Position numbers and translations under genes: made by a program
Notes under the pieces: generated by a model
What the model saw: only the letters and a program-made list of their open reading frames with translations
What the model was told of the DNA's origin: nothing
Database searches by the model: none
From: Octopus vulgaris
Lineage: Eukaryota
Length of the DNA stretch: 64,000 nt
Assembly (NCBI GenBank): GCA_951406725.2
Contig: OX597814.1
Coordinates: 134,354,001-134,418,000 of the forward strand
Direction: 5' to 3'
In this document: positions 27,330 through 39,914 of the stretch, piece after piece
How positions within the stretch are numbered: the stretch's first letter is position 1
How the letters are laid out: each line of letters starts with the position of its first letter

Positions 27330-29060
27330 ATGGAATGAAGATTATTGTGAGGATGAGGGACACTATTTTCTGTCTTACAGTTTATCATCATCAACATCTA
27401 CTTAAGGTGCAAAGAACTCATAAAAAACTGGTGTTTATGTTTATTGTTCATCTCTTTGATCAGCTCAGTGTAGAAACCGACTTCAATGTAAACTATTTTT
27501 GTAATTCTTGTGTTACATTCACAATTAAGGTCATCTGTAAAAACTTACAGATCTTCCCCTACTAGTACCAACCCTTTGATGATATTCTTTGCAGTTAATT
27601 TACGTAGAATTGGTGGAATTTTCGTATTCTTATCCGTATTCTCAGCCTACTCTTGTTCTACCAGCATCAGTTTCTCGTTAAATAAACATTCTCTATGGAA
27701 CACGAGAAACTGAACCATATCATCGTCTATGATTTCTTCAAACCTTACATCATTTGCAAGTGTAACGGTTAAATATGATGTGTGGTAGAAGCCAGGTTAC
27801 CAAGAATGTAATGGATAAGTTTGTAGTTATTGAAGTCCTTCACTGGGTAGCAACGCGTTGTTCAAAATATTGTGTCTAGCACTGTACATTTCTACAGCAA
27901 ACAAAAATGTTTGTAAACTAGTCTTCTAAAAGGCTTTTTGAAATCCAAGCCTTCTTATTTGAACGCCAAATAAGAAACAGGTTAAAGAAGAAGGGGCTTC
28001 ATCTTCATATCACCAGTGGTATTTCCAGAAGAAACGTTGGACGATTTTTGGAAGCTTTAAACCCTGGCGTTGATTTTTCTTCTTGAGAAATAATAGTTCT
28101 GTCAGACATGTGCTGCTAGAAAAGAGCAGTTATATAAAGATTGTTTACTTGCTCTTGTGTGTAACCCATCCAGTAATCATTTTTTCAGTTGCTCGGGGTA
28201 ATTAATAACAGCCTTTATATTAACATTAGTAACTTCACCAGTCAATTTCATGCTGTGCAAATTCAAGCTTTCAAACCAGCCTTTACTAGCCAGAAAAGAT
28301 TTTTCATTCAGTCTCACCTACATTTTTCAGAAAATCGTGATACAAATTTCTGGCTCTTTTAATTACCATCGTGCTTATTGCTATATTATGTTGAGCTTGA
28401 TCCTTGATCCATACATCCAAGAATCGTTCCTTTCAAGCATTACAATGAATCTGTGAAAAAAAAAAATAAGGTCCATTTAATAGGCGTATGAGTGGCTGTG
28501 TGATAAGTAGCTTGCTTACGAACAACGTGGTTCCGGGTTCAGTCCCACTGCGTGGCACCTTGGGCAAGTGTCTTCTACTATAGCTTCGGGCCGACCAAAG
28601 CCTTGTGAGTGCATTTGGTAGACGGAGACTGAAAGAAGGCCGTCGTATATATGTGTGTATATATATATATTTATGTATATGCATGTGTGTGTGTATATGT
28701 TTGTGTGTCTGTGTTTGGCCTTCCAACATCGCTTGACAACCGATACTGGTGTGTTTACGACCCCGTAACTTAGCGGTTCAGCAAAAGAAACCGATAGAAT
28801 AAGTACTAGGCTTACAAAGAATAAGTCCTGGGGTCGATTTGCTCGACTAAAGGTGGTGCTCCAGCATGGCCGCAGTCAAATGCCCGAAACAATTAAAAGA
28901 GCAAAAGAGTACTTCTTGAACACTTAATTTTCTCCATGCTGTTACTTAATATTCATATATTGATATTACAAGTTTTAATGCTTTGACATTGTGGCACATT
29001 TTTTTTTCTCCTGCATCAAGCCTTTTTAAAATATCAGGTTTACTATCCATTTTAACAGCC
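27330..29060 (-). pseudogene. Tigger (pogo family) transposase relic
   Basis: MDSKPDILKRLDAGEK (HTH-psq-like), FLASKGWFE, KLTGE, MSDRTIISQEEKSTPGFKASKNR. Interrupted by the SINE at 28482. Confidence 0.7.
28482..28910 (+). mobile_element. tRNA-derived SINE with internal (TA/TG)n (GAGTGGCTGTGTGGTAAG family)
   Basis: TGGCTGTGTGATAAG, GGTTCAGTCCC, internal microsatellite, AAAAGAG tail. About ten further copies in the window. Confidence 0.85.
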
Positions 29061-30077
29061 CGCGCGCAAACACACACACACACGATCTCCGCTTCCATGT
29101 ACTCGTGAAGTTGCGAACTGTTCACAGACACCTCTGCAATGCACGTACCTTTGAGCCAGCGGTACCTCAAAGACATGACAACTGGAGGATGAACCTCAGT
29201 ACCTCTATAGGTACTTCTTTCATATAACACGACACCTTAATACCCTACTTCAAACAAACATTATGTTCTATGGACGAACCTCTAACACTGCAACAGAACT
29301 TTTCCCACGATGGAACAATGGTTTTTCTGACAGCAGTTTTACATTTTCCAGATGCCTTTAGCTAGGCCGAAATAATGTCTTCACCACTTGACCCTTTCTA
29401 ACCTCTTCTACTTACTTACCCAAAGCTAGAATAGAGATAACAATACCACCAACTAAATCTATTGTTCTCAATGATATATCTATCCTTCCAGATCTTTATA
29501 TAAGCAAGCACATCCCAAGCGAAAATCAGTTCGTCACAGTCGTGATGACTCAACGGAATTAGTCACCAGTCGGTGACAAACTCAATGAGAACGTAGTCTG
29601 GCTGACCAGCTAGAACCTTGATCAGAGGGAGAAATGAAGTTTACTGTCAGCAACTTGAGACAACACCCTACAATTCTCTCTTGTTCTAATTCTGTTCTCT
29701 TACAACATCATTCTATCTCTCTCAGCAATTACTACTAAGCAATGAAGAGAACCCAATCACAAACTTTACTTCGCATGCTTTTGGATGTATCAAAACCTGC
29801 CCGTCGAGGCAATGTATTATAAAGTAACGGTAAATAAATATTTCCTTAAAACTTCATGCATTGTTCATTTTACACATCTTACAACATGCAGTTAATAACA
29901 ACAACTTTTTATCATTGCATCTGCTGACCACAACATATCTTAATATTGTTTACCCAGCAATTTCTGCCGTTACATATTGATATTACAAGTTTTAATGCTT
30001 TGACAATGTGGCACATTTTTTTCTCCTGCATCAAGCCTTTTTAAAATATCAGGTTTACTATCCATTTTAACAGCCTG

Positions 30078-30108
<31 letters not shown>

Positions 30109-30295
30109 GATCTCCGCTTCCATGTACTCGTGAAGTTGCGAACTGTTCACAGACACCTCTGCAATGCACGCACCTTTGAGCCAGCGGTACCTCAAAGACA
30201 TGACAACTCAGTACCTCTATAGGTATTTCCTTCATATAACACGACACCTTAATACCCTACTTCAAACAAACATTATGTTCTATGGACGAACCTCT
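28955..30295. repeat. ~330-bp direct repeat (28955-29283 and 29973-30295)
   Basis: Near-identical blocks containing the 5' part of the Tigger relic. Confidence 0.9.
29289..29886 (+). mobile_element. Possible solo LTR between the direct repeats
   Basis: TG...CAACA ends, TATATAAG ~29497, AATAAA ~29834. No TSD seen. Confidence 0.4.
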
Positions 30296-30694
30296 GAAAC
30301 AGGAATAACCCCAGGTTCGTTAACACCCTGAACAAGCTGAATTTCGGTGCACTTGCAAGTACGTTTTTTAACTGCGAGTAAAACCTGCAGATAAAGTGTT
30401 TATTAAATTTATTTTCAATTTTCATTTTTCTCCACCTAAAGTGGCGTCACCTTTGCCACCAACCCATTACTTTGACGCCCTGGGCAATTGCCTGAGTTGC
30501 AGTTACCTTCACCCAGCCTTGTTCAAGAAATGAGGAAGAAACATCAAGGAATAACAGTGTGGAAGATGGTGGGAAAACATGAATTTGGCTGATAACTAGA
30601 AATAATGCAGGAGGAAAGTTGCTGTCAATTTACGGTTTCCAAAAAAAAAAAAAAAGCCGTGGGTTTTTAATTGTTTTGATTAGTTTATATTCTT

Positions 30695-31065
30695 TTATTA
30701 TTCTGTTACTTGTTTCATTGGTTGGACTGCGGCCCTGCTGTGACACCGTTTTGCAGAGTTTAGTCTATCACATCGACCCTAGTGCTTTGTTTCTAAGTCT
30801 GTATACCGAACCGCTAAGTTACAGGGACATAAACAAACCAAAACCGTTTTGCAAGAAATGTAAAACAAATACCATCACACTAACAAACAAAACGCATAGG
30901 GCGTCCACAATAATTTCCACACAGTTTCCGTCCACCAAATCCAATGGGTCCACCCAGGGCAATAGTAGAAGGCACGTGCTCAATGTACCGCACAGTGGGG
31001 CTGAACCTGAATCCATGTGGTTGCGAATCGAACTTCTCAGCCACACGCTAAGGCCCCTGCGCCTA
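30695..31065 (-). mobile_element. Old copy of the 28482 SINE family
   Basis: Degenerate reverse-complement homology. Confidence 0.65.
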
Positions 31066-31405
31066 TATATTTCCTTTCTTGTTTTGTTCGGTTTTTTTTT
31101 CTTCTTTTTCTTTTCTTTTTGGGGTTATTGTTAGGGGAAAAAAGCAAGTACTCAACGTGATGGAAGTATAAAGAGTCTAATGTAGATATTATATGTGGTA
31201 GCTAAGATTAGATTCTAAGCGTAAAAGATTAACAGAATTATCTGAACCATGTTGAACCAACCAAGTGTTCGGTGTCAGTAAGACCCCCAACGACAAGTTG
31301 AGTCTAACGTTACAAGATCGATCCTTCAGTACAGACAAAAATGATTTTACAGCATTTTCTCCTTCCTTTCTTACTTTCATTCGTTTTGTTGATAAAAAAA
31401 AAAGT

Positions 31406-32051
31406 GGATCTTTTCCTTTTGAACGGCAGACAATTTCTAGTTAACTAAACACTTTAAAACTTCGTATACTGGTAGAATGTGTCAAAATAAAACATTTTTT
31501 TCTCTTGGCTTTCTTGAGAAAATTGTAATTTGTTTGTTTAACGTAGTTTAATTTTTCGAATTTGAATCAATCCTATGCTCTCTTTTGAGCTAAAATCATT
31601 TGCTGCATCTAAAAACTGAGACAACATCCTGTAACTAACCCTAAACCTCCCCCCTAACCCTAACCCTAACCCTAAATTTTTTTTTTTCTTAATTGTTAAA
31701 TTAATTTAATTGTTACGCGCGTTAAAAAAACTAAAGCAATGGAATTAAATTAATTTAACAATTAAGAAAAAAAATTAGGGTTAGGGTTAGGGGAGGTTTA
31801 GGGTTAGTTACAGGATGTTGTCTCAGTTTTAGACGCAGCAAATGGTTTTAGTTGAATGGAGGTAATCGATTGGTTAAAATTGCCGAAATGCTCGGATTTT
31901 CAGACGAAATATCTTACAAACTATAGAATTTTCTCAATAAAACCAAGAGAAAATGATGTTTTATAAACCCATTCTACCAGTATACGAAGTTTAAAAGTGT
32001 TTAGTTAACTAGAAATTGTGTTGACATCTGCCGTTCAAAAGGAAAAGATCC
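31406..32051. mobile_element. 646-bp fold-back MITE with telomeric repeats
   Basis: TIR GGATCTTTTCCTTTTGAACGGCAGA, 8-bp TSD AAAAAAGT, arms pair almost to the centre; (CCCTAA)4 left and (TTAGGG)n right. Confidence 0.9.
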
Positions 32052-32654
32052 AAAAAAGTTCCTCTCATCTAAAGGACCAATTCCGAAACATCAGTTTCCA
32101 CTTGTCCCAACGGTAGAAATACCTCTCCAGCCTCAGGTACTTCGTTAAAATTTATTTAAGATAATCCTTATGTAAATAATTCTGGCTGACATGCATTCAT
32201 ATTCAATTACTTATTTACGTCTAGCAACATTTGATGAACTGATTATGTGACTAAGCCAACAAAATTTACCGAAAACACTCTCCCACGTTCTGTGCTAAAA
32301 TTATTCGTTGTTTACAACTTACTGCACGCTTTTTGCCAAAATTATGTTGTTTACAAAGTACTTAAGAAAAACGAACAGCAAGTACATAGTACTCGAAATT
32401 GCACACTGTGATTAATACACATACCAATCTCTTGCATCTTCCAGTCAAATTTTCTTTACAACTGGAGAAGTCAATTTCAGATGAGTTTATGTGCTGAAAA
32501 ATGTAGTAGAATTAACAAAAAGTCTAAAACAGGAAGAATTTACAGCTTGCATGGGAGGAATAACATGCTAAATAAAAGTACAGAAGTGAAACGATATCAC
32601 AATGTAATAAACAACAAAAATCGGTCATATTACAAAAATATGAAAATAACAATA

Positions 32655-32811
32655 TGTGGCCGTGTGGTAAATAGCTTGCTTACCAACCACATGGTTCCGG
32701 GTTCAGTCCCACTGCGTAGCACCTTGGGCAAGTGTCTTCTACTATAGCCTCGGGCCGACCAAAGCCTTGTGAGTGAATTTGGTAGACGGAAACTGAAAGA
32801 AGCCCACCATG

Positions 32812-32873
<62 letters not shown>

Positions 32874-33074
32874 TGTGTTTGTCCCTCCAACATCGCTTGA
32901 CAACCGATGCTGGTGTGTTTACGTCCCCATAACTTAGCGGTTCGGCAAAATAGACTGATAGAATAAGCACTAGGCTTACAAAGAATAAGTCCTGGGGGTC
33001 GATTTCCTCGACTAAAGGCGGTGCTCCAGCATGGCCGCAGTCAAATGACTGAAACAAGTAAAAGAGTAAGAGTA
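32655..33074 (+). mobile_element. SINE, 28482 family
   Basis: Full-length homology. Confidence 0.85.
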
Positions 33075-33106
<32 letters not shown>

Positions 33107-33129
33107 GTATATGTATGTATGTATGTATG

Positions 33130-33174
<45 letters not shown>

Positions 33175-33180
33175 GGCATA

Positions 33181-33265
33181 CGAGGGGTTGCTGAAAAGTT
33201 CCTGGCTTTGAATAAAAGAAAATACAGGAGGATCAGTTAATTATGATTTTATTTAACATATTCCA
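33181..33265. mobile_element. Truncated mariner-type terminal fragment
   Basis: TA|CGAGGGGTTGCTGAAAAGTTCC resembles a mariner TIR. No partner end found. Confidence 0.45.
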
Positions 33266-33444
33266 TATATATATAAAATGAGATAGGGGTTGAACATTCA
33301 ACCCACCATGGGATAACATATATCCAATATACTGCTAGAGAGGTACCCAACAAGACTAATTCATAAATGTTAAAAATTGCGGTGCAATTAATTCATCTAC
33401 TGTATTATGTGGGCAAGGATAAAAATATTACCGTAAATTAATAA

Positions 33445-33752
33445 TACAAAATTAGAAAATGGAGAAACATACTTAAATCAATCAATCATCAACCATCAGA
33501 TAATACCCAATCAATACTTTATTACACCATTACATAACAGCAAAGATATTATACATAATATATTGTAAATATAACTAGACATAGAAATATTTGTATTTTA
33601 TATTTATATTTCTATGTCTAGTTATATTTACAATATATTATGTATAATATCTTTGCTGTTATGTAATGGTGTAATAAAGTATTGATTGGGTATTATCTGA
33701 TGGTTGATGATTGATTGATTTAAGTATGTTTCTCCATTTTCTAATTTTGTAT
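33445..33752. repeat. Perfect ~145-bp inverted repeat with ~15-bp spacer inside a (TA)n-bounded insert (33275-33752)
   Basis: ACAAAATTAGAAAATGGAGAAAC...CATAGAAATAT mirrored by ATATTTCTATG...GTTTCTCCATTTTCTAATTTTGT. Confidence 0.95.
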
Positions 33753-34446
33753 ATATATATATATATATATATCACATTAGACTCCAATACTTGATGGCCT
33801 GTAGGGACAACGTATTTCATTATGCAACCGACATGAGCAGAAATCGAACTCAAAAAATAATGAGATGTTAACGAAATACAGCATAACATGTTGATATGTG
33901 CTGAAACGATTAATCTAATCCGTCGGAATAACTTCATTGCGTAATTTCGGTTGATGTATCGAGATCAGGTTGCTTGGAGTATATTCTACGGTAACTACGC
34001 ACTTTTCAAATGTGACTCCAGATTTTCACGTTTGAAATTTTCAGATCATTCTTTTATAATCATTTAAGGTGTTGTTTAACCTCTGGTCAATCCTAATTTA
34101 AGAGACTTATTATCAAAAGCGTTCTCATCAAGACCATTTTTTTTTTAATGGTATCTTCCTTGGCCCCTAGACAAATGACTGGCACTCCTTATACACAACC
34201 ACAGTATATATAGATTAGCATTGGCTCCCCTAGACCTGTAGACACCCCCCCCCCCGGGCAACTGCCCAGTGTGTCTATGCTTTTTGACAGCTCTGCATTC
34301 AAAATTATATTATCCAATGTCCTTTTCTTTTAAAATATGGTAAGATTTTGAGAGATATAGTTACTACTTCTAGCGACTACGTCGAGGTGATAAACTCATC
34401 TTTTAGAGACACGCCCCGTAATCCATAAAAAAGAGATCATCCCTGT

Positions 34447-34448
<2 letters not shown>

Positions 34449-34515
<67 letters not shown>

Positions 34516-34570
34516 CGTGTGTGTGTGCCTGTGGGCGTGTGTGGGCGTGCACGCACACACACACACACAC
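34449..34570. repeat. (TG)n/(CG)n/(CA)n alternating purine-pyrimidine tract
   Basis: Direct reading. Confidence 0.95.
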
Positions 34571-36075
34571 ATTGAGACACGTCAACATGTTTAATTATTT
34601 ACAGAAGCAACCGAGTTAACCACTGTGCGATCGCTTGATCTGCTAGAAATAGCAACTAAATCGTGATCAAATCATCTTGAAAACGGAAAGACACATTATA
34701 CAATGAAGTTTCAGATAGGTACTATATATGGAAAACAAGGAGGGTCATTGCTGGAACACTTTTTGATCATATGTTTGTTCGATCCCAGTCGACCTGGGGC
34801 TAAAAGAACAACGAATACTAGATATGGAATCTACATTGGCAGCTTCATTACATAAACAAGCTCACGTGGTCTGAGTTTTTGTTCTGCATCTGTTTACTCC
34901 TTTTTCTTTCTTTCACTTCATAACAGATAATGAAATTTTAGCTTTAAAAGATTACTACAATCTTCCTTCCATACGAATTTGAAAACGAGACGAGCTTATA
35001 AAAGCACGTATCGCCCGCCAATACATTATATACATCAAACATGAAGCTTGAAAAGATTTTAAATAAGTCTCTTCGTTTGTGCAAACTCCAAGTCCGCTAC
35101 CAACATAGTAAGTGAGACCTTAGTTACCATTAATAATCATCTAAATAGTAATTCTTTATTATAAGTTTACCTTTTGTTTTAAGAGAGAAAATTAAGATAT
35201 TTCCACATGAAATATTCTTTTACTTTCTATAGAGACAGCAACAATGCAAATATTGTTAATTTTCTTAATATTATAAACCATTCAAATATTTTGGGACGCA
35301 TATTTACACACAAATACTTATAAATATGCATATTACTTTTTTTGTTTACATGGAAGTATAGCAATTTCTCCAGCATCTGTTATTTATTTTTCTTTACTTT
35401 AGTAGTAGTGACGGATCTTTTCCTTTTGATGGACTATTCATGCTGACAACACAAACCCTAGGTTGCTGAAATATCCGCACGAAATAAAGTGAAGTAAATA
35501 TTAAATACTTTAAGAACACAAGAGGACTTGTAAAAATGATTTTATGACATTAGCATGTAATCATAATCGTGATAATTTCTTTATCTTACAACAAAAGCAA
35601 CATAAATGTAAATATTAATAGAGATAAATAGTATAAATAATAAAAGAGCAGTCCTAAACAACAACCTATTTGTTTTAAACTATTCTTAGTTTCTCTATAC
35701 ATATGTTGTTTATAGCATAATTCCTGCTGTAAGCAATAATAAAAGTCTGTTGTATCTCGAGTATTCATGATCCTTTTAATGGTAGTAAGCTCAATGGAAA
35801 GGGTAGCCTGGATTGTTAATGTGTTAATGTCGGTATAGCTAGTTTTAGATTCACTGCCAGTTGTAAACAAGTGTTTACATCTCTCCATAAACAGAAAGTG
35901 CGGAGACGAAAATTTGGGAATAGCTGTCACCCGAAGTCCCGTCTATAACCGTAAAGAGAAAGAAAAGGGTGGTTTGTTTGCTCGTTTCTTTTTTTCTGTT
36001 TTTTTTTTTTTCCACCCAAGATTTCTAAACTTATTCTTCTGAAAGAAAAATAAAGATTTGACGGACGTCAGAAAT

Positions 36076-36805
36076 GTGGCCCATATAAGTTGAAATTTCG
36101 CCGTTTTGACGGGGGTTTTTTTTTTTTTCAGATGTATTTCCACCGTGCTCTCGGTAATGAGTCTGGAGCATCTTTTTAACAAAAAAATGCTTTTTTTTTT
36201 ATTTAAACACCCTTCTGTCTTCCCCCTCTCAGGACCGATTTTGTGGGTACTACGCACTTAAAAGCAATAGAAGCCTTTTCGGTTATGAAAAAGAGTAATT
36301 ATTTTCAGACGAAACGGTGTGTGATTAAAGGAAGATTTAGCTATTGTTTCTAGCATATCCCGTGACCACCTTCCTCGTTTCTTTCTCACTGATAATATTT
36401 TCTCCCCATTAATAGCAAACTCATTTATGCAATTAAAAATTTTTTTTGTAAAATTTATGATTTTTATTAACTCTAAACTTTACAGGTCATGGGATATGCT
36501 AGATATGTTAAATCTCCCTTGAATCACACGCCTTTTCGTTTGAAAATATTTTCCATTTTTTTTTTACCTGAGACTTCTTAGTTTTTAAGTGCGTAGTACC
36601 CAAAAAAAATCATTGTGCGTAGCGCACACAAAATCGACCAAAATCGGTTGGGAGAGGGGAATGACGGGGGTGAGAAATTTTACGTTGTTTTTTTTTTTTA
36701 CCTCTGCTAAAAAGATGCTCCAAATCATTTGCAAGGTCACAGTGAAAAAAAAAACAGTCTAAAAAATCCCCATCAAAACGGAGAAACTCCAACTTATGTG
36801 GCCAC
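36076..36805. mobile_element. Old fold-back/MITE with long imperfect TIRs
   Basis: GTGGCCCATATAAGTTG...GGGTACTACGCACTTAAAA mirrored by TTTTAAGTGCGTAGTACCC...CAACTTATGTGGCCAC. Internal part recurs at 42190-42375. Confidence 0.65.
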
Positions 36806-38101
36806 TCGACCTTCCACGCGTTTGTAATTTTTCCCTTTCTTTCCCCTTGATGTACGATGGGCAGCTATTCAAAAGCGACAGATTTTTAAAGGCGATGAAA
36901 ATTAATCAGGTGTCCATGAAGAGATTATAGAGATATGTTCACATTTTACAGCGAGGCTAAAATTTTTATAAATCGTTTATATTTTTAAAGCATCCACGTA
37001 TTATATTGTGAATCCGACTTAATTTTTACACTTGAAATGTGCTATGAGTGCGTTAGCACTTGCTCAGCTATATTTGCATACATAAAGAACTACATAAAAT
37101 TCGACTTAACCAAAACAATATTTGCCCCCAGCATGGTTATGTGCCTTATATAATATATTTTGTGTGTGCGCACGCGTCTATGGGGTGGGCACAATGTGTA
37201 ATTTTTATTGCATCTTTGACTGAGAAAAAATATATTTCTTTACAAATGCTCACTACCTCACAAAAATTATATCAGCTAAGCAAATGATCTCTAAATTCAT
37301 TAAAAGCACTATAACATGTTCAGGACACTATTTCAGAAAATTATCACTGTTCTCTTTGAATATATAAAACAAATTTAGCTGGAATAAAATGAGTAAGCGA
37401 AGATAAGGTAAATTTGCCTCTTTAATTCTCCAGAATTACATTTGAAAACAGACTCATATACATCAGTATCCATTCTTAGACATCAAAATGATTACAAATG
37501 CAACAAAAATTAAAAAGGTCATATGAAAGAGGATCATGGAAAAATGACAGATATAAAATTAACGAAACTCGACCAATTCAAAAAACTCATCATGAAATAT
37601 TCTCCATATCTTCTTCACGATCTGCTGGGGTAGCTCTCATCCCGATATAGTTATGCAGCATGCAGTTAGAGGAGAAAGTATTGAAATTAGTCATTACTCA
37701 TTTTACCCCATTTTCGTAATCAGCTTTTAAAAATTGAAAGCTATCAAATTAGACATTAGTATGGGGAAAAATTGATTTAGGATCCAACAATGAAAATAAT
37801 TTAGATTGTTGAACACCAAAAATTATCCAGATATTTTATTAGCAATCTCAATTACAATCTTCTTGAAAAAAAAAGTACCTGTCACCTGACTGTTCCAAAC
37901 TCTCTCAACTTCAACAACTATGCTGACCAATTTTTACTCCTAAAGACGAAGCAACTGTACAAAATGCAATATTTGTACTGTAATGATTTCTAACAGGTAG
38001 GGAGAAAATAAGAAATCAGAAATTACTCAACCCGAGCTAGCTGTCGCATGTGTTGCTAGAGCTTGAGGCGAAGTATTGTAGGGAGGGTGCGCTATTTTAT
38101 A

Positions 38102-38396
38102 TCTTTATATATAAAAGTGAAGTTGTGTGCGTGTCTGTCTCCTACGATTTAGATTCCTAACTACTCCCACATTTTGCGGTGCAGTTTAACCAAAAGCGGG
38201 TATCTTATAGTCGTGATTCATATCGAGTCCTTCTGGGTATTAGCGCGCGTCTACGATGAGTCAACGATTTAAAAAAAATTTACCATCATTTTTTTTCCAT
38301 TTTTAATGCATTTTTTGCTATTTTTTGGCTATAACTCTCTAAAAATGCTTATATATTTCCCTTACAAACCCGAGCAACGCCGGGCGATACTGCTAG
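38102..38396 (+). mobile_element. Non-autonomous Helitron, 295 bp
   Basis: A|TCTTTATATATAAAAGTGAAGTTG ... CCCGAGCAACGCCGGG-CGATACTGCTAG|T. Confidence 0.9.
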
Positions 38397-38467
38397 TATA
38401 TATTAAAATTTGTATCCAGAGTACTACCCCCACAAAACACTACGCTACTTTGTGTGTGTAGATAGAT

Positions 38468-38680
38468 TCTTTTATGTTTCAGTCATTCGACTGCGGCCAT
38501 GCTGGAGCACCGCCTTGAAGGGTTTTAGTCGAACAAATTGACCCCAGGACTTATTCTTTGTAAGCCTAGTACTTATTATATCAGTTTCTTTTGCTGAACC
38601 ACTAAGTTACGAAGACATAAAAACCAGCATCGGTTGTCAAGTAAAGGCGGAAGGACAAATGCGCACACACACACTCATAT
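38468..38680 (-). mobile_element. 3' half of a 28482-family SINE
   Basis: Reverse-complement homology. Confidence 0.75.
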
Positions 38681-39152
38681 ATATTATCAGTGGTGGCGAA
38701 GAATAGCTAGGAAACTAGGGCATGCAGTCAACTTCCCCCCACCCACTAAGGTTGGCAGGGGTGATTTCCGAGTGTTTCACCCACCCCCGTTTTCTGTGAA
38801 AAGTGTAGTATTATATGCCTTGAAATATGAGGAGTCTGAAAATGAAAATTGTCAGTTTCTTCTTTTTGCTCTATGCGTGAAATAGTCAAGAAAACTCTGA
38901 TGTCACATGACTGAATTCAGGTCTTAAGAAGGGATCAAAAATACTTTCTCTGTTGGTTAAATCTTCTTAGAAAGTAAGCATGGGTGCATGATAAGAAGTT
39001 TGCTTCCCAGCCACATGGCTCCAGGTCCAGTCTTCTACTATAGCCTTGGGTCGACTAAAACCTTGCAGTGGACTTGATAGAGGGAAACTGAAAAAAAAAC
39101 TATATATATGTGTGTGTGTGTCTGTGTTTGTCTTTCACCAATGCTTGACAAC

Positions 39153-39902
39153 CATGCTAGCATGGGTTGGACGATTTGACTGAGGTCTGGCGAACCAGAT
39201 GGCTGCACCAGACTCCAATCTGATCTGGCAGAGTTTCTACAGCTGAATGCCCTTCCTAACGCCAACCACTCCGAGAGTGTAGTGGGTGCTTTTACATGCC
39301 ACCGGCACGAGGGCCAGTCAGGCAATACTGGCAACGGCCATGCTCAAATGGTGCTTTTTATGTGCCACCTGCACAGGAGCCAGTCCAGTGGCACTGGCAA
39401 CGACCTGTGGAAAAATAGAAAGGCAGGCAATGCATGTATTGCATACATGGACCCTTTGCCCGTGATGTATATATATATCATAACCTCGTGGCCTATGCCA
39501 GGGGTGTAACCAGCCCACTTATTCCTTCATTGGACACTAAACTCTGCTTGCGAAGACCTGTTGAGGCAAGTGAAATCGAAATCAAATTCGATGACTGGCA
39601 TCCGTGCTAATGGAGCACAACGGGCACCATCCGAGCGTGATCGTTGCCAGAGCAGCTAATTGGCTGTTGGCACGTAAAAAGCACCATTCAAGCATGATCA
39701 TTACCAGCGTAGCCGTTGCCAGTACCGCCTGACTGGCCCTCGTGCCGGTGGCATGTAAAAGCAGCCACTACACTCTCAAAGTGGTTGGCGTTAGGAAAGG
39801 CATCCAGCTGTAGAAACTCTGCCAGATCAAGATTGGAGCCTGGTGCAGCCATCTGGTTTGCCAGTCCTCAGTCAAATCATCCAACCCATGATGATGATGA
39901 TG
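39153..39902. mobile_element. Two RTE LINE 3' UTR fragments in inverted orientation (39153-39410 minus, 39545-39902 plus)
   Basis: Same sequence follows RTE RT-coding sequence at 52376-52730; (GAT)n tail. Confidence 0.8.
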
Positions 39903-39914
39903 ATATATATATAT

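Noticed and set aside
30619-31134. 171-aa ORF
   Set aside because: Spans a decayed SINE and T-rich low-complexity sequence.
31640-31810. Chromosome end or fusion site suggested by telomeric repeats
   Set aside because: Only a few units, inside a TSD-bounded MITE. The orientation is opposite to an end-to-end fusion scar.
37430-37810. Faint similarity to a mariner transposase C-terminus (MQHAVRGE)
   Set aside because: Too degenerate; no catalytic motif or TIR that I can verify.
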